33,492 nucleotides of DNA from a virus (IMGVR_UViG_3300038379_000694:1-33492), one strand, 5' to 3'; shown: positions 24,201 through 32,215, counted from the first letter of the stretch. Notes: generated by a model not told the origin, from the letters alone. Numbers and translations are program-made.

Positions 24201-26226
24201 CCGGCTGACGCCCTATGATTGGGCCGGGAATGCGGGCACGCCCAGCGCCTGGACGGCGGCCACGCCGCTGCTGGAGGGGGCGACGGTGCAGGATAAGTTT
24301 GATGGCTATGGAGGCTCTAACCTTAGCCCTTTGGAGACGTTGTACTGGTTGCAGGCTTTAACCGGTGATGAGCCGCTTAATCCTGGCGGTAGCCAAAATT
24401 GGATTGACTTTGGTTTTACGGGGACCTTATCGCAAGTTAGTCTGGTGCAGGGAGCAAAAGGGGTTAAATGCACACCTCGAAGTAGTAATCCGGGGCAGGG
24501 GCAAATTATTTTTGCGTACCAGTGGGCCAGTGCGATTGATTTATCCGGTGAGCAGCGTTTCAACGATGATGACTATTTGGTTGTCACCCTGTACGTGAGT
24601 TCCAATTTGCTTGGCCGTTTACCCGCGGCAGCCGTGGTGGGAAACATCGGTTTTGCTACTTCCGGTTATGGTCAACGGATTGATTATTATTTATCAACTC
24701 CACCCGCAGGGGGCTGGCAGTTAAATACTGGCTACAATCATATTTTTATTAAAAAGAGTACTGCGGCTAATTATGGAACATTTGATTGGGCGCATGTGGT
24801 CTATTTTTCAGTTTCTGTGGGAGTGGATGGTTATCCGCTACAAGCCGGCGATTATGTGATTGTGGATGATATTAGGATGGTCAAGGCGGATCCAGATGAC
24901 TCAGCGACCTATAACGATACTGGCCTGGCCTGGGATCAGGCCGTTAGCACCGGCAGTGAAACGGGGACTTGGCACGTCTACGCCGGAAACGTGGTGAGCG
25001 AACCGGCCAAACCGTTCAGTTACGGCCAAATCAAAACGAGCGCCAGTCCCGACCGCTGGTATCTGAGCCATAAGCCGGTGGGGTTGGAGATTGCGGTGGG
25101 AGCCATCCAGGCCGGGCTTTTCCACAAGGAAAATGGCAAAAGCGGGTTGGCCTTTTTTGCGCAGGATGTTAGTCCGGATCATTGGACGATGTACGCTATT
25201 GAAGCGGACAATGTGGGGGATACCATCAAGCTGGTTAAATGGGTGGATGGAACGCGGACTGAATTGGGCAGCGCCAGTTTCCCCTTTATTTCGGCGGCCG
25301 GGGGCGTGGCCGGCCAGACGGTGTGGGTGGGGGCTGATTTTAGCCAGTATGATAGCGACGCCGGGCGGATCAAGGTGTACGCCTCGACGAGCGAGGGCAA
25401 TTTGATCCAGGCCGGGAATTTGAAGCTGTCGGTGCAGGACACGGAGGTTGGTTCGGGGGGCACGGTGGGGGTGCTGAGTAATCAGGCCAATGTGAGGTTT
25501 ATGAATTTTACAGCCGGCAGCCCGGCCCATGCGGAGGTGGCCGACGTGGCCAAGGCTTTGGACGGGCCGATCATCGCCGGGGAGACGCGGCGGGTCCGGT
25601 TTAATTCCGATCAGTTGAATTTTGAATTTAGTGATAATGGGGAGACGTGGAAAAGTCTGGGCCTGATTGGGGAGATCAAGCTGTGGGTGACCAATACGGC
25701 GCCGGCGGGTTGGCTGTTATGCTATGGCCAGGCCATCAGCCGGACGACCTATGCGATTTTGTATAATGTAATCGGGACGACCTTTGGTACCGGTGATGGT
25801 TCAACCACGTTTAATTTGCCGGATTTCCGGGGCCGGATGGCGCTCGGCCAGGACAACATGGGCGGATCAAGCGCCAATCGGGTCACGGCGGCGGCGGCGG
25901 ATTCGATTGGGGGCAGCGGCGGGGCGGAAACACATACGCTGACCAGCTCAGAAATGCCTTCTCACACGCACGTTCAGAATAGCCACAATCACACCCAGGA
26001 CGCTCACGTTCATACCCAAACAGTTTTATCTTCTGGCGCGGGAACAGAAACTCATATTACTGTTGACACATCATCTACCGGGACAGCAGTACGAGATAAC
26101 ACTGGCAGCACTACGGCCACGAATCAGGCCGCTACCGCAACAAACCAGAATACCGGAGGTGGCGCCGCGCACAATAACATGCCGCCCTATCTGGCGTTGA
26201 ATTTTATTATTTATGCCGGGGTGTGA
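21223..26226 (+). CDS. Large tail tip protein: hub (Tal-like) + HxH stretch + FN3-like repeats + putative sugar-binding modules + tail-collar domain (start MEFWID)
   Basis: LDRAGRFSF, CTRLFAFGAG, PGQKIRV; SHTH/HSH/DHTH; VTW..V.GA..Y repeats and YDWAGN; collar GEIKLW..APAGWLLC.G...FNLPDFRGR; HNNMPPY.ALNFII terminus. Confidence 0.88.
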   Translation: MEFWIDIQASDGTKYGSGPITTATGWETTARLDRAGRFSFELPAGDAQAALCQAKREAWCYTIIEGVVNLVGAGIIDELETKLNPAGAPVLRVAGDDLLRELTYRSVGFLEVVTPAGQASPDALSEIMAEAPGDWELDTIYGHAATENEVYAKFAGETVLAALNKVGEHTGEHFRLGSGKKLIWLQDDLTDSGMRAIGQADPSAVGENDEVCLITELAESQGSYDLCTRLFAFGAGNGQARVSLADTSVSAHAGYVIDKSNPKGANLTHSAAFGEYGQIERFLSWKEISPISNTDADIESAANELYAAAYQYLARYSQVQQSYRLAVTKLSKPVWPGQKIRVIWREIVDGYAAVDIDADLTVLETTTKLDAAGMSTTALQVSTIDAWPLTIGEIIAGQLEEARLMDGHPQTFAGYYSEGLGNFNISPTYSAIARFKFDDRITRLVSAKLRFQTAAFEATATAAASGGGSSQTSSSGGGSSQSSSSQGSHTHTVGITLYGGYRLNSTKVHWDYQNNEFHLPDVGSGSDESLNRTSSSGGSHSHNVSIPNHSHSVTIPDHTHPLQYGITRSGTYPGGVTIWVNGVNRTFELTGSTSLGSAGGSTGMVEVELANILNLDFRREHTIELKCSSGMGQILNAALRCFVIVQAILALPEGPTSAPTPGEPTVAVAATAEGWRVTWLAVSGAESYRLYGNTSGVDAGAEEITLTTSREVVVPYASGFTWFAATAIAGTNESDIGPWATDTSPPANPRWVSHLYQPAGHFVQWYHADLSRVENFVLYRNTSPAEAGATLVDTVDGTNTSGVIGYGAGGDYFGIQAVSYAGISSAIVWTGQYDPTPGTPLVQANLTELGFVVSWGAVANAARYEVEGATDDQGTGATQRWSGQTLFTPPLLGSSWFRVRAIGLDESAGDWSGWVTDSNPPPQPLITTTPGIKTVSIALAAADTSHSSIGFSHYVLERADGSSGTGATTLDSQALYSSFPRVLSQVTGVTKYYRLTPYDWAGNAGTPSAWTAATPLLEGATVQDKFDGYGGSNLSPLETLYWLQALTGDEPLNPGGSQNWIDFGFTGTLSQVSLVQGAKGVKCTPRSSNPGQGQIIFAYQWASAIDLSGEQRFNDDDYLVVTLYVSSNLLGRLPAAAVVGNIGFATSGYGQRIDYYLSTPPAGGWQLNTGYNHIFIKKSTAANYGTFDWAHVVYFSVSVGVDGYPLQAGDYVIVDDIRMVKADPDDSATYNDTGLAWDQAVSTGSETGTWHVYAGNVVSEPAKPFSYGQIKTSASPDRWYLSHKPVGLEIAVGAIQAGLFHKENGKSGLAFFAQDVSPDHWTMYAIEADNVGDTIKLVKWVDGTRTELGSASFPFISAAGGVAGQTVWVGADFSQYDSDAGRIKVYASTSEGNLIQAGNLKLSVQDTEVGSGGTVGVLSNQANVRFMNFTAGSPAHAEVADVAKALDGPIIAGETRRVRFNSDQLNFEFSDNGETWKSLGLIGEIKLWVTNTAPAGWLLCYGQAISRTTYAILYNVIGTTFGTGDGSTTFNLPDFRGRMALGQDNMGGSSANRVTAAAADSIGGSGGAETHTLTSSEMPSHTHVQNSHNHTQDAHVHTQTVLSSGAGTETHITVDTSSTGTAVRDNTGSTTATNQAATATNQNTGGGAAHNNMPPYLALNFIIYAGV

Positions 26227-26232
26227 AAGAGC

Positions 26233-26268
26233 AAAAAGGCCGGTCCTTGAGGGACCGGCCTTTTTTTT
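26233..26268. terminator. Bidirectional intrinsic terminator between late and early operons
   Basis: AAAAAGGCCGGTCC-TTGAG-GGACCGGCCTTTTTTTT. Confidence 0.92.
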
Positions 26269-26322
26269 GAAGGGGTGTTTTTGTTTAGGGGGTGTTGGGA
26301 GGGTGTTACAGTTTTGGCTAAG

Positions 26323-26475
26323 TTATTGGGTTGGCAGGGTTGAACAGTCTGTTTCTCCGTCTGTTTGGTTTAACTGTATTTCGCCAGAAATGAAGGTGAT
26401 CTTGAGGCCATCATCTCATTCGTAGAAGCCTTCGGTGAGCGTGGTTTTTAGTATGTTTTCGGTTTCGCATTTCAT
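26323..26475 (-). pseudogene. Small ORF interrupted by an in-frame TGA (26416-26418)
   Basis: SD AAAGGAG; MKCETENILKTTLTEGFYE*DDGLKITFISGEIQLNQTDGETDCSTLPTQ. Confidence 0.3.
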
Positions 26476-26640
26476 TTTTTAAGGTTGCTCCTTTCCGGTT
26501 TTCACTAGTAGAAACGATTAATAAAGGGGGATTCTATTCTCCGCTTTCTTCGTCCAGTCCATCCCCCTGCACTATATCAAAAGCCGAATTCCAGCCCATT
26601 TCAATGTAGGGCCGTAATTCCTCGGCCCCGGTCGCGGCTA

Positions 26641-26868
26641 TCACGGCCATGGCTCTGGCTCGAAGCCGGGCGGTCCGTCGCCAAAATCCTGGTCCGGTCC
26701 ATCGTAATAGGGCGGCATTGGTCCCCACGACTTGTACAGGCTGGCAATGGAGTGGGTGAGCTGGTCTTGTTTCCAAAAGGTCGGGTGCCGGCAGGCGTTG
26801 AGGGCGTCGTAAAGGTACGGCGTTAAGCCTTCATCCAGGATTTGGGGGGTAGGTTTAGGTGTGATCAT
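26641..26868 (-). CDS. Hypothetical protein, 75 aa
   Basis: SD AAGGAG; overlaps the upstream stop. Confidence 0.7.
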   Translation of the reverse strand: MITPKPTPQILDEGLTPYLYDALNACRHPTFWKQDQLTHSIASLYKSWGPMPPYYDGPDQDFGDGPPGFEPEPWP

Positions 26869-27157
26869 GGCTGTTCTCCTTTTGATTTAACGCATAGACA
26901 GACTCGGACGTGATAAATTTTCCGTGCTGGTAAACTGGATTGTGTTCGGTTCGCCTGATTAGCCCGGCTTTGGTAAGCTGATTGAGCATTTTTCTGGTTA
27001 CTATTGCCGAACAGTTCCGGCGGTCGGATTCGTTCCAAGTTAGTTCATACCAGCTTTTCTCTCGAAAGGCGTCACGATGCTCCTGGATGTAGGCTCCGTG
27101 CTTGGTCATTTTTTGGATAATCCATTTCATGCGGCGGGTAGGGGTAGGTTCAGGCAT
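26855..27157 (-). CDS. Hypothetical protein, possibly winged-helix-like (start MPEPT)
   Basis: Coupled start (ATGCCTGA); TRKMLNQLTKAGLIRR. Confidence 0.65.
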   Translation of the reverse strand: MPEPTPTRRMKWIIQKMTKHGAYIQEHRDAFREKSWYELTWNESDRRNCSAIVTRKMLNQLTKAGLIRRTEHNPVYQHGKFITSESVYALNQKENSHDHT

Positions 27158-27485
27158 GGGCGGGTTCCTCGCTTCCCGTCCCCAGGACACCCGTCCCCAG
27201 GACACCCGGCCCACTTGGGCGCAGAGCGAGGGGTGAGGCGGGGAGAGAGGAATTATCTTCCGGGGCGACGAGGCGAATGTAGCCGGGGCGGGTTTCGGGA
27301 TGGAGGCGCACGGGCAGGTCGTCAATCTGGGTGGGCGGGCTGGGGTGGCTGGGGTGAAGCTGGTATTCAGTAGGGGGGTGGGCGGGGTAGACTTGTTGGA
27401 AGACGAGGCGGGCGCGGCGGGCGGTGGCGACCAGGTTGCCGCGAGTGATGGGTTCCAGGTGGGCGATATAATTGTGGTTTAGCAT
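27150..27485 (-). CDS. Hypothetical protein (start MLNHNY)
   Basis: Start overlaps the upstream stop; contains a 15-bp tandem duplication near the 3' end. Confidence 0.55.
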   Translation of the reverse strand: MLNHNYIAHLEPITRGNLVATARRARLVFQQVYPAHPPTEYQLHPSHPSPPTQIDDLPVRLHPETRPGYIRLVAPEDNSSLPASPLALRPSGPGVLGTGVLGTGSEEPAHA

Positions 27486-27913
27486 GATAGGGCGCTCTTT
27501 TTCTGAGGCCGCTGGGGGCACTCCTTACAGCAATACTTTTGGCGGGGGTGGTGGGGGACAAACCAAACCAGGCAGGCGCATTGGCGGCGGTGGCCGGAGA
27601 TGAAGTCGCCGGGTTTGAGGTTGCCGTTGACCGAAAAAACGTGCTTTACTTTGACCATGCGGGCCAGCAGGGGGTGGGCGTCATCGCGGCGGGTGATGAT
27701 GATGTTGATGGCTTGCTCCAGTTCCGGGGTAATGCGGAAGTTGAACTTGTCGGTGAGCAGATTGTAGATGTAGCCGGGCGTCCAGGGTTTTTCTCTATTG
27801 GCCACCGCGTTCAGGGTGGCGGTTAGTTCTTCGATGCGTTTCATTTTGCCGGGGGCTTCCACCGGGCAACGATAAATATCCTCGTAGAGAGTTCGTAAAA
27901 TTTGATTTTCCAT
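27479..27913 (-). CDS. Hypothetical protein with C-terminal zinc finger (C.C..WF.P....QKYC..EC)
   Basis: SD AAGGAG; Cys motif; HTH-like WTPGYIYNLL. Confidence 0.75.
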   Translation of the reverse strand: MENQILRTLYEDIYRCPVEAPGKMKRIEELTATLNAVANREKPWTPGYIYNLLTDKFNFRITPELEQAINIIITRRDDAHPLLARMVKVKHVFSVNGNLKPGDFISGHRRQCACLVWFVPHHPRQKYCCKECPQRPQKKSALSC

Positions 27914-28069
27914 CCGCGTTGCTCCTTGCTACTTTAGATGCAGTCTGATTTAAATGGGGCGGGCCGAGGTAATTTCTATCACGGCTTTGATTTTAGTTGA
28001 AATTTGGCGTTATAGAACCGTTATAGAAGCCCTGATTGGAACAATCCCGGCCCGCGCTGCTGGGTTGGG

Positions 28070-28336
28070 TTAGTTTTTGCGGGCCACCGGAATGAATCGC
28101 CGCCGCCGCCATTTACTAATGGCCCGTTTGGGTTCATTCTTTTTTGCCAGGCGCGCAGCCTGGTCAGGATAGTGGGCGATGATTCTGAGCCGGTCGCTGC
28201 CAGGCTCGGGACTGACCTCCAGCGCGGACGGGCGATGATCGCCGGGCTGCCCCTGGGTGAGCAGTTTGAGAATCAGGGCGGCGGCGTAGCCAATCTGGTT
28301 ATCGCCAGGTTCGAGGAAAAAGGTTATCTTGTTCAT
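28070..28336 (-). CDS. Hypothetical protein, 88 aa
   Basis: ATG start with upstream AAGGA; operon context. Confidence 0.6.
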   Translation of the reverse strand: MNKITFFLEPGDNQIGYAAALILKLLTQGQPGDHRPSALEVSPEPGSDRLRIIAHYPDQAARLAKKNEPKRAISKWRRRRFIPVARKN

Positions 28337-28427
28337 CCGAAGGACTATCCTTGTAGTTCAAAACCATTTCTGCGGGTTATAGACTGTGACTACACAATCC
28401 TCATTCAGAATAGTGACGCAGAAATCT

Positions 28428-28766
28428 TTAGCCATTTGTTGCTCCATCCTGGGCCATTGCTGCGGCCCAATGCTGCGGTAGTTCCTCGATTTTTTCACGC
28501 GCTCCCACGACCATATCGGCGATGAGTTCGCTTTCGTAGAAATTGATCCAGGCGAATTCGCCGGCGTCATAGACTTCAGTGGCTCGGATTCTTGACCAAA
28601 AGTCGTCCCGGTAGTGGTCAAGCGGGTTCCAGCCGATCTGGCGGCACAGTTCGGCGACGGCGGCCTGGATGGAGTCGGCGTCTTCGCAGGCGATTTTTAA
28701 TTTTAACTCGCCGTCCATGAGGGCGACCAGGTAGGGGAAGTCCTGAGTAGATTCTGGGGGGTTCAT
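28428..28766 (-). CDS. Hypothetical protein, 112 aa
   Basis: SD GAGGTG; ATGA coupling. Confidence 0.75.
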   Translation of the reverse strand: MNPPESTQDFPYLVALMDGELKLKIACEDADSIQAAVAELCRQIGWNPLDHYRDDFWSRIRATEVYDAGEFAWINFYESELIADMVVGAREKIEELPQHWAAAMAQDGATNG

Positions 28767-29188
28767 TGGACACCTCGGCTGTGGATACGGATGGCGTGGA
28801 GGGCGAGTTCAAAGTGCCAGTCGTCGAGGAGGCGGAGGTTGGTGAGGCCGCCGGTGGGAAGTTTGTAATGATCGTTGAAGAGGTGGAGGGCCAGGGTGGA
28901 TAGAACGTATTCGCCGGAGGAGAGGTTATCTAACCGGCCCATAACCTGGCCGGTGAGTTCTAGCCGGGTGAAGTTGATATTTTGGAGCAGCCAGTCGAGG
29001 TTGCTGTTGGCGCAGATGAGGATGAGGGGCAGCCAGTGGGGGTCACGCTGAAGCTTTTCCGGCAGGAGGGCCTGGGCGTGGGCCAGGGCGGCGGCGGGAT
29101 CGTAGGGCCGGGGCCGCAAGAGGGCTTCGATGGCGGCGCGGCCGGCGGCGTCGTCTTCAAATATGGGGGTGGCTACGGGTGTAAGCAT
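28763..29188 (-). CDS. Hypothetical protein (start MLTPV), C-terminal LSSGE..L..LALHLFN motif
   Basis: SD AAAGGA; coupled to the next gene. Confidence 0.75.
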   Translation of the reverse strand: MLTPVATPIFEDDAAGRAAIEALLRPRPYDPAAALAHAQALLPEKLQRDPHWLPLILICANSNLDWLLQNINFTRLELTGQVMGRLDNLSSGEYVLSTLALHLFNDHYKLPTGGLTNLRLLDDWHFELALHAIRIHSRGVQ

Positions 29189-29212
29189 TATTAGGGGTCC
29201 TTTCTGGTTTTG

Positions 29213-29241
29213 GTAGGGACAGAACATTGTTCTGTCCCTAC
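29213..29241. repeat. GTAG-family REP palindrome
   Basis: Perfect 14-bp arms GTAGGGACAGAACA-T-TGTTCTGTCCCTAC; intergenic. Confidence 0.8.
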
Positions 29242-29248
29242 GGTTTAT

Positions 29249-29605
29249 TTATAAACGTTCCAGCAGCGTAGGCAGGGCGCGGCTGAAGGATTCCAGGCTG
29301 ACGTGGCAGATGGTGAAGCCGTCGGCGTCGGTGTCGATAACCAGTCTGCCGCCCACAATGATCTGCCACAGTTTTTGCAGTTGCTCCGGGGTGAGGGGGA
29401 TGGTTTCACCCCCCCCTGGGGTAGTTTTGGTCTTACGCAGTTTTTTGCCGTTTTCGGTTGTTGTATCGGGTAACATTGTTTTTGGCTCCTTTAGTTTGGC
29501 TTTGAGCTGATCGAGTAATAGGTTGGCTTCGGCGCGCCGGCCGGTTTGGGCGACGCGGATGTATTTGGTAAAGATGGCCCGGAAGCCGGGGGGTGATTTG
29601 TTCAT
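29249..29605 (-). CDS. Hypothetical protein, 118 aa
   Basis: SD GAAAGGA. Confidence 0.65.
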   Translation of the reverse strand: MNKSPPGFRAIFTKYIRVAQTGRRAEANLLLDQLKAKLKEPKTMLPDTTTENGKKLRKTKTTPGGGETIPLTPEQLQKLWQIIVGGRLVIDTDADGFTICHVSLESFSRALPTLLERL

Positions 29606-29656
29606 GGTGGTGGTTCCTTTCGTTTTTTGGGTTTATTTAATTTCTTCTTCTACGCT

Positions 29657-30328
29657 CTACGCGGCTTCGCTCTGGATTTTTTCAGCAGAAATTAGCGAGG
29701 GCGGCGCGTCTGTAGAGGTAGAAGAAGAAGAAGAAAGCGCGCCGGCCACGGCCTGAACCCGGCTCCAGCCGCTGCCACCGGTGGGCAGCCCCAACCCCCT
29801 GGCGATTTCGCTTTTGTTGATTTTGCCGCCGGCGGTGATTTTATCCAGGTAAGGTCGGATGGTTGAGAGGTCCAGTTCTAATTGGGAGGGGACGCGGGGG
29901 GAGATAGCTTTCCCGGCGGCGGGCCAGGTTTTACCCAGGGCGGCGCGCACGTCGGCGGCAACGGGGTGCAGCATGGGGCTTTGCTCAACGTAGGCGATGA
30001 CCATTTCGGGGGTTAGCCAGTCCCAATCGGTGGCGCCGGGATTCATGCGCGCCCCTGGCGTGCGTCCAAGTGGGCCGGGCGGCGTGGTGATCACGGCCTG
30101 GCCCTCATCAACCTCCGCCAGGGGGTTTTGGCCGGCGGAGATGGCCTGGGCCTGGGCGAGTAGGTTTTGCAGCAGCGCGGCCATCTCCTGGATAGGGGCG
30201 CTGTAGGAGTGCCAGGGTTGGTGGTTGGCGGCGTGGATGACCAGGTGGGTGACGCCCGCGCCGGGGACCAGGTAGGCAGTGACGGGGGTTTGTTGCTTGA
30301 AATTTTGGAAGTATAAGGGATATTGCAT
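29657..30328 (-). CDS. Hypothetical protein with C-terminal HTH-like segment (start MQYPLY)
   Basis: SD GAAGGA; KINKSEIARGLGLPTGGSGWSRV. Confidence 0.7.
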   Translation of the reverse strand: MQYPLYFQNFKQQTPVTAYLVPGAGVTHLVIHAANHQPWHSYSAPIQEMAALLQNLLAQAQAISAGQNPLAEVDEGQAVITTPPGPLGRTPGARMNPGATDWDWLTPEMVIAYVEQSPMLHPVAADVRAALGKTWPAAGKAISPRVPSQLELDLSTIRPYLDKITAGGKINKSEIARGLGLPTGGSGWSRVQAVAGALSSSSSTSTDAPPSLISAEKIQSEAA

Positions 30329-30365
30329 GGTGATTTCCTTCAAAAAGATAGCCCTGCGGGTCAGT

Positions 30366-30659
30366 TCAGCCGGCGGCGTAAGGGAGACGCAAGCCAAAGA
30401 TGAGTTGGTAGAGATCGCCGTGCAGGGCGGGTTCGATATCGGTGAGCCAGCGGATTATTCCCCTCCAGCCTCTCTCCCCTATTTGGCCGCCCCAGTGGGG
30501 GGAAGGCCAAGAGGAGACGAGGTTATAAAGCCAGGCAGGGAGGTGAAGGAAGAGGAGGATGAGGGGGCAGATGAGGGCGCGGACAGGCTGGCCGTGGTCA
30601 TCGAGGATGACCAGGTTGAGGGCGCAGGCCACATTGACGGTGTGGCGTAATTGGCTCAT
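30366..30659 (-). CDS. Hypothetical protein, 97 aa, with a hydrophobic segment
   Basis: SD AAGGAG; ATGA coupling. Confidence 0.65.
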   Translation of the reverse strand: MSQLRHTVNVACALNLVILDDHGQPVRALICPLILLFLHLPAWLYNLVSSWPSPHWGGQIGERGWRGIIRWLTDIEPALHGDLYQLIFGLRLPYAAG

Positions 30660-31237
30660 CGGTAGCTCCTTTCCGGGGCGGCGATTAAAAAGCCGAGAAT
30701 TTTGGCGGTGAGGAGGGGGGGATGGGGAAAAATACGGTAATCCAGTTCCAGGAGGCGATAGCCGGCGCGCTCCAATTTGCGCAGGCGGTGCATGTCGAGG
30801 TCGCGCCTGGTTTGTTCATAGTTGGGGTGATCGAAGCGGGGATCAAAGTGGACGCGGCCCAGGACTTCGATGATGGCGTCGTTGCAATCGGGGAGGTAGA
30901 AGTCTACGGCGAGCGGAATTTTATCCCCCAGCACCATGGCTTCGCGCTGGTAGGTGAAGCCGAGGTCATCGAGGAGGGCGGCGACCTGGCGCTCGTGACG
31001 GGAGGGGTTATCCAGCCGCCAGGCGCGCCAGAAATGAAAGAATTTGAGGTAGCCATATTTGCGGATGAAGGCTTTGGCTCCCAAGTGGCCCAGGACGGCC
31101 ATATCATTGACGGCGGCGCTGCACTTGCCGGCGTGGGATTGGTGCTGACGAAAGCTGGGTTGGGCGGCGCGGGCCTGGCCGCCTTTGCGGCCGATGGCTT
31201 GATAATATTCGCGGGTGCCGGGTTGCAGATCTGTCAT
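30656..31237 (-). CDS. DUF559/Vsr-like PD-(D/E)xK endonuclease-domain protein with N-terminal KGG-like repeats
   Basis: PSRHERQVAALL, VDFYLP, IIEVLGRVH, RD...L...GYRLLEL; AIGRKGGQA. Confidence 0.75.
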   Translation of the reverse strand: MTDLQPGTREYYQAIGRKGGQARAAQPSFRQHQSHAGKCSAAVNDMAVLGHLGAKAFIRKYGYLKFFHFWRAWRLDNPSRHERQVAALLDDLGFTYQREAMVLGDKIPLAVDFYLPDCNDAIIEVLGRVHFDPRFDHPNYEQTRRDLDMHRLRKLERAGYRLLELDYRIFPHPPLLTAKILGFLIAAPERSYR

Positions 31238-31452
31238 GGTCGGCCCGCCTCAATTTTAGCCGGTTCGGTGGGGGGGTGAGGCTGGCGTCCCAGTTCGATG
31301 ATGGTGCGGCCCGCCGTAGGTGGCTGGGCCAGCTCAGCCAGAATCAGGGCGGCGAGGGCGAGGGGGTCATTGGTTTGAATGAACGTACCCCTGTCGCCCG
31401 TGCGGGAGGAATTTGACGGAGTATCCGGGTGGGATAGAATTTGGTCAGCCAT
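31234..31452 (-). CDS. Hypothetical protein, 72 aa
   Basis: SD AAGGAG; ATGA coupling. Confidence 0.65.
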   Translation of the reverse strand: MADQILSHPDTPSNSSRTGDRGTFIQTNDPLALAALILAELAQPPTAGRTIIELGRQPHPPTEPAKIEAGRP

Positions 31453-31589
31453 AAAGTATCTCCTTGTCAGATGCTTTGGGTTAGGGCCGGCTCTGCGTGG
31501 ATGGTGCAGGGCCGGCCCGACTATTTAGGCGTGATAATGATTTTTTCCAACAGCAGGCAGATAACTGGCCTGGACGGGGTTATCAGGCT

Positions 31590-31910
31590 TCAGGTCCATT
31601 TGGTGATCTGCCAGCCGTTGATAATCTGAAAATCCGGTTCTATTTCAGGCGGTACGCCAAACGCCTGAGTCAACTCTGCCCGGCGTGGCGTGGGCCAATG
31701 GCGGCCGTAATTGGTGGTGAGGAGTTGCCGTAGGCCGCCTGGCGCGGGCCTGAGAATTAGGGTGTAGATGGTATCATGATCCAGGCCGTTGTAATCCGGG
31801 GCCAGGATGACCGGGCGCTCCTCGGCCAGACCGGTTTGTGTTTGGCGCTGAATCATCTGGGCGGCCAACTGCGTTATTTCGGCGGGGCTGGTTATTAAGT
31901 GGGTCATCAT
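31590..31910 (-). CDS. Hypothetical protein, 106 aa
   Basis: SD GAGGTG; abuts the upstream stop. Confidence 0.7.
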   Translation of the reverse strand: MMTHLITSPAEITQLAAQMIQRQTQTGLAEERPVILAPDYNGLDHDTIYTLILRPAPGGLRQLLTTNYGRHWPTPRRAELTQAFGVPPEIEPDFQIINGWQITKWT

Positions 31911-32126
31911 TCACCTCAATACAAAGTTGATTTCACCGGGCCGCAGGTCAGCATGCTGGCGGATAACGGGCAAGCCGTCCGGGCTGGTATGCAGGGTGAG
32001 GCCCCCATTGCCGCTGGGCTGGATCAGATGGCCATAGTCGGTCCGCAGCAGGGTTTGGTGGGGGGCCAGGCTAAAATGTCGGACGGGGGGGCCTGAGTAT
32101 TCGTCTCTTTTCTTTTTGGCGGGCAT
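31911..32126 (-). CDS. Hypothetical protein, 71 aa
   Basis: SD GAAAGGA. Confidence 0.65.
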   Translation of the reverse strand: MPAKKKRDEYSGPPVRHFSLAPHQTLLRTDYGHLIQPSGNGGLTLHTSPDGLPVIRQHADLRPGEINFVLR

Positions 32127-32215
32127 GGTCTGGTTTCCTTTCGTTTTTAACTAACGTTGAATTAATGCGGCTTCTTCAGCCGCGCTTTGCGCCACGACTT
32201 TCCTTAGTGGTGTCT

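Noticed and set aside
21223-26226. Diversity-generating retroelement target in the tail protein
   Set aside because: No reverse transcriptase and no TR/VR pair differing at adenines was seen
26553-26566. 13-bp inverted match to positions 18-30 (GGGGATGGACTGG)
   Set aside because: Within chance expectation for a 33-kb GC-rich genome and has no supporting context
29606-32148. Shared AAAAACGAAAGGAA upstream of two early genes (about 29615 and 32136)
   Set aside because: Explained as SD plus an A-rich translational enhancer
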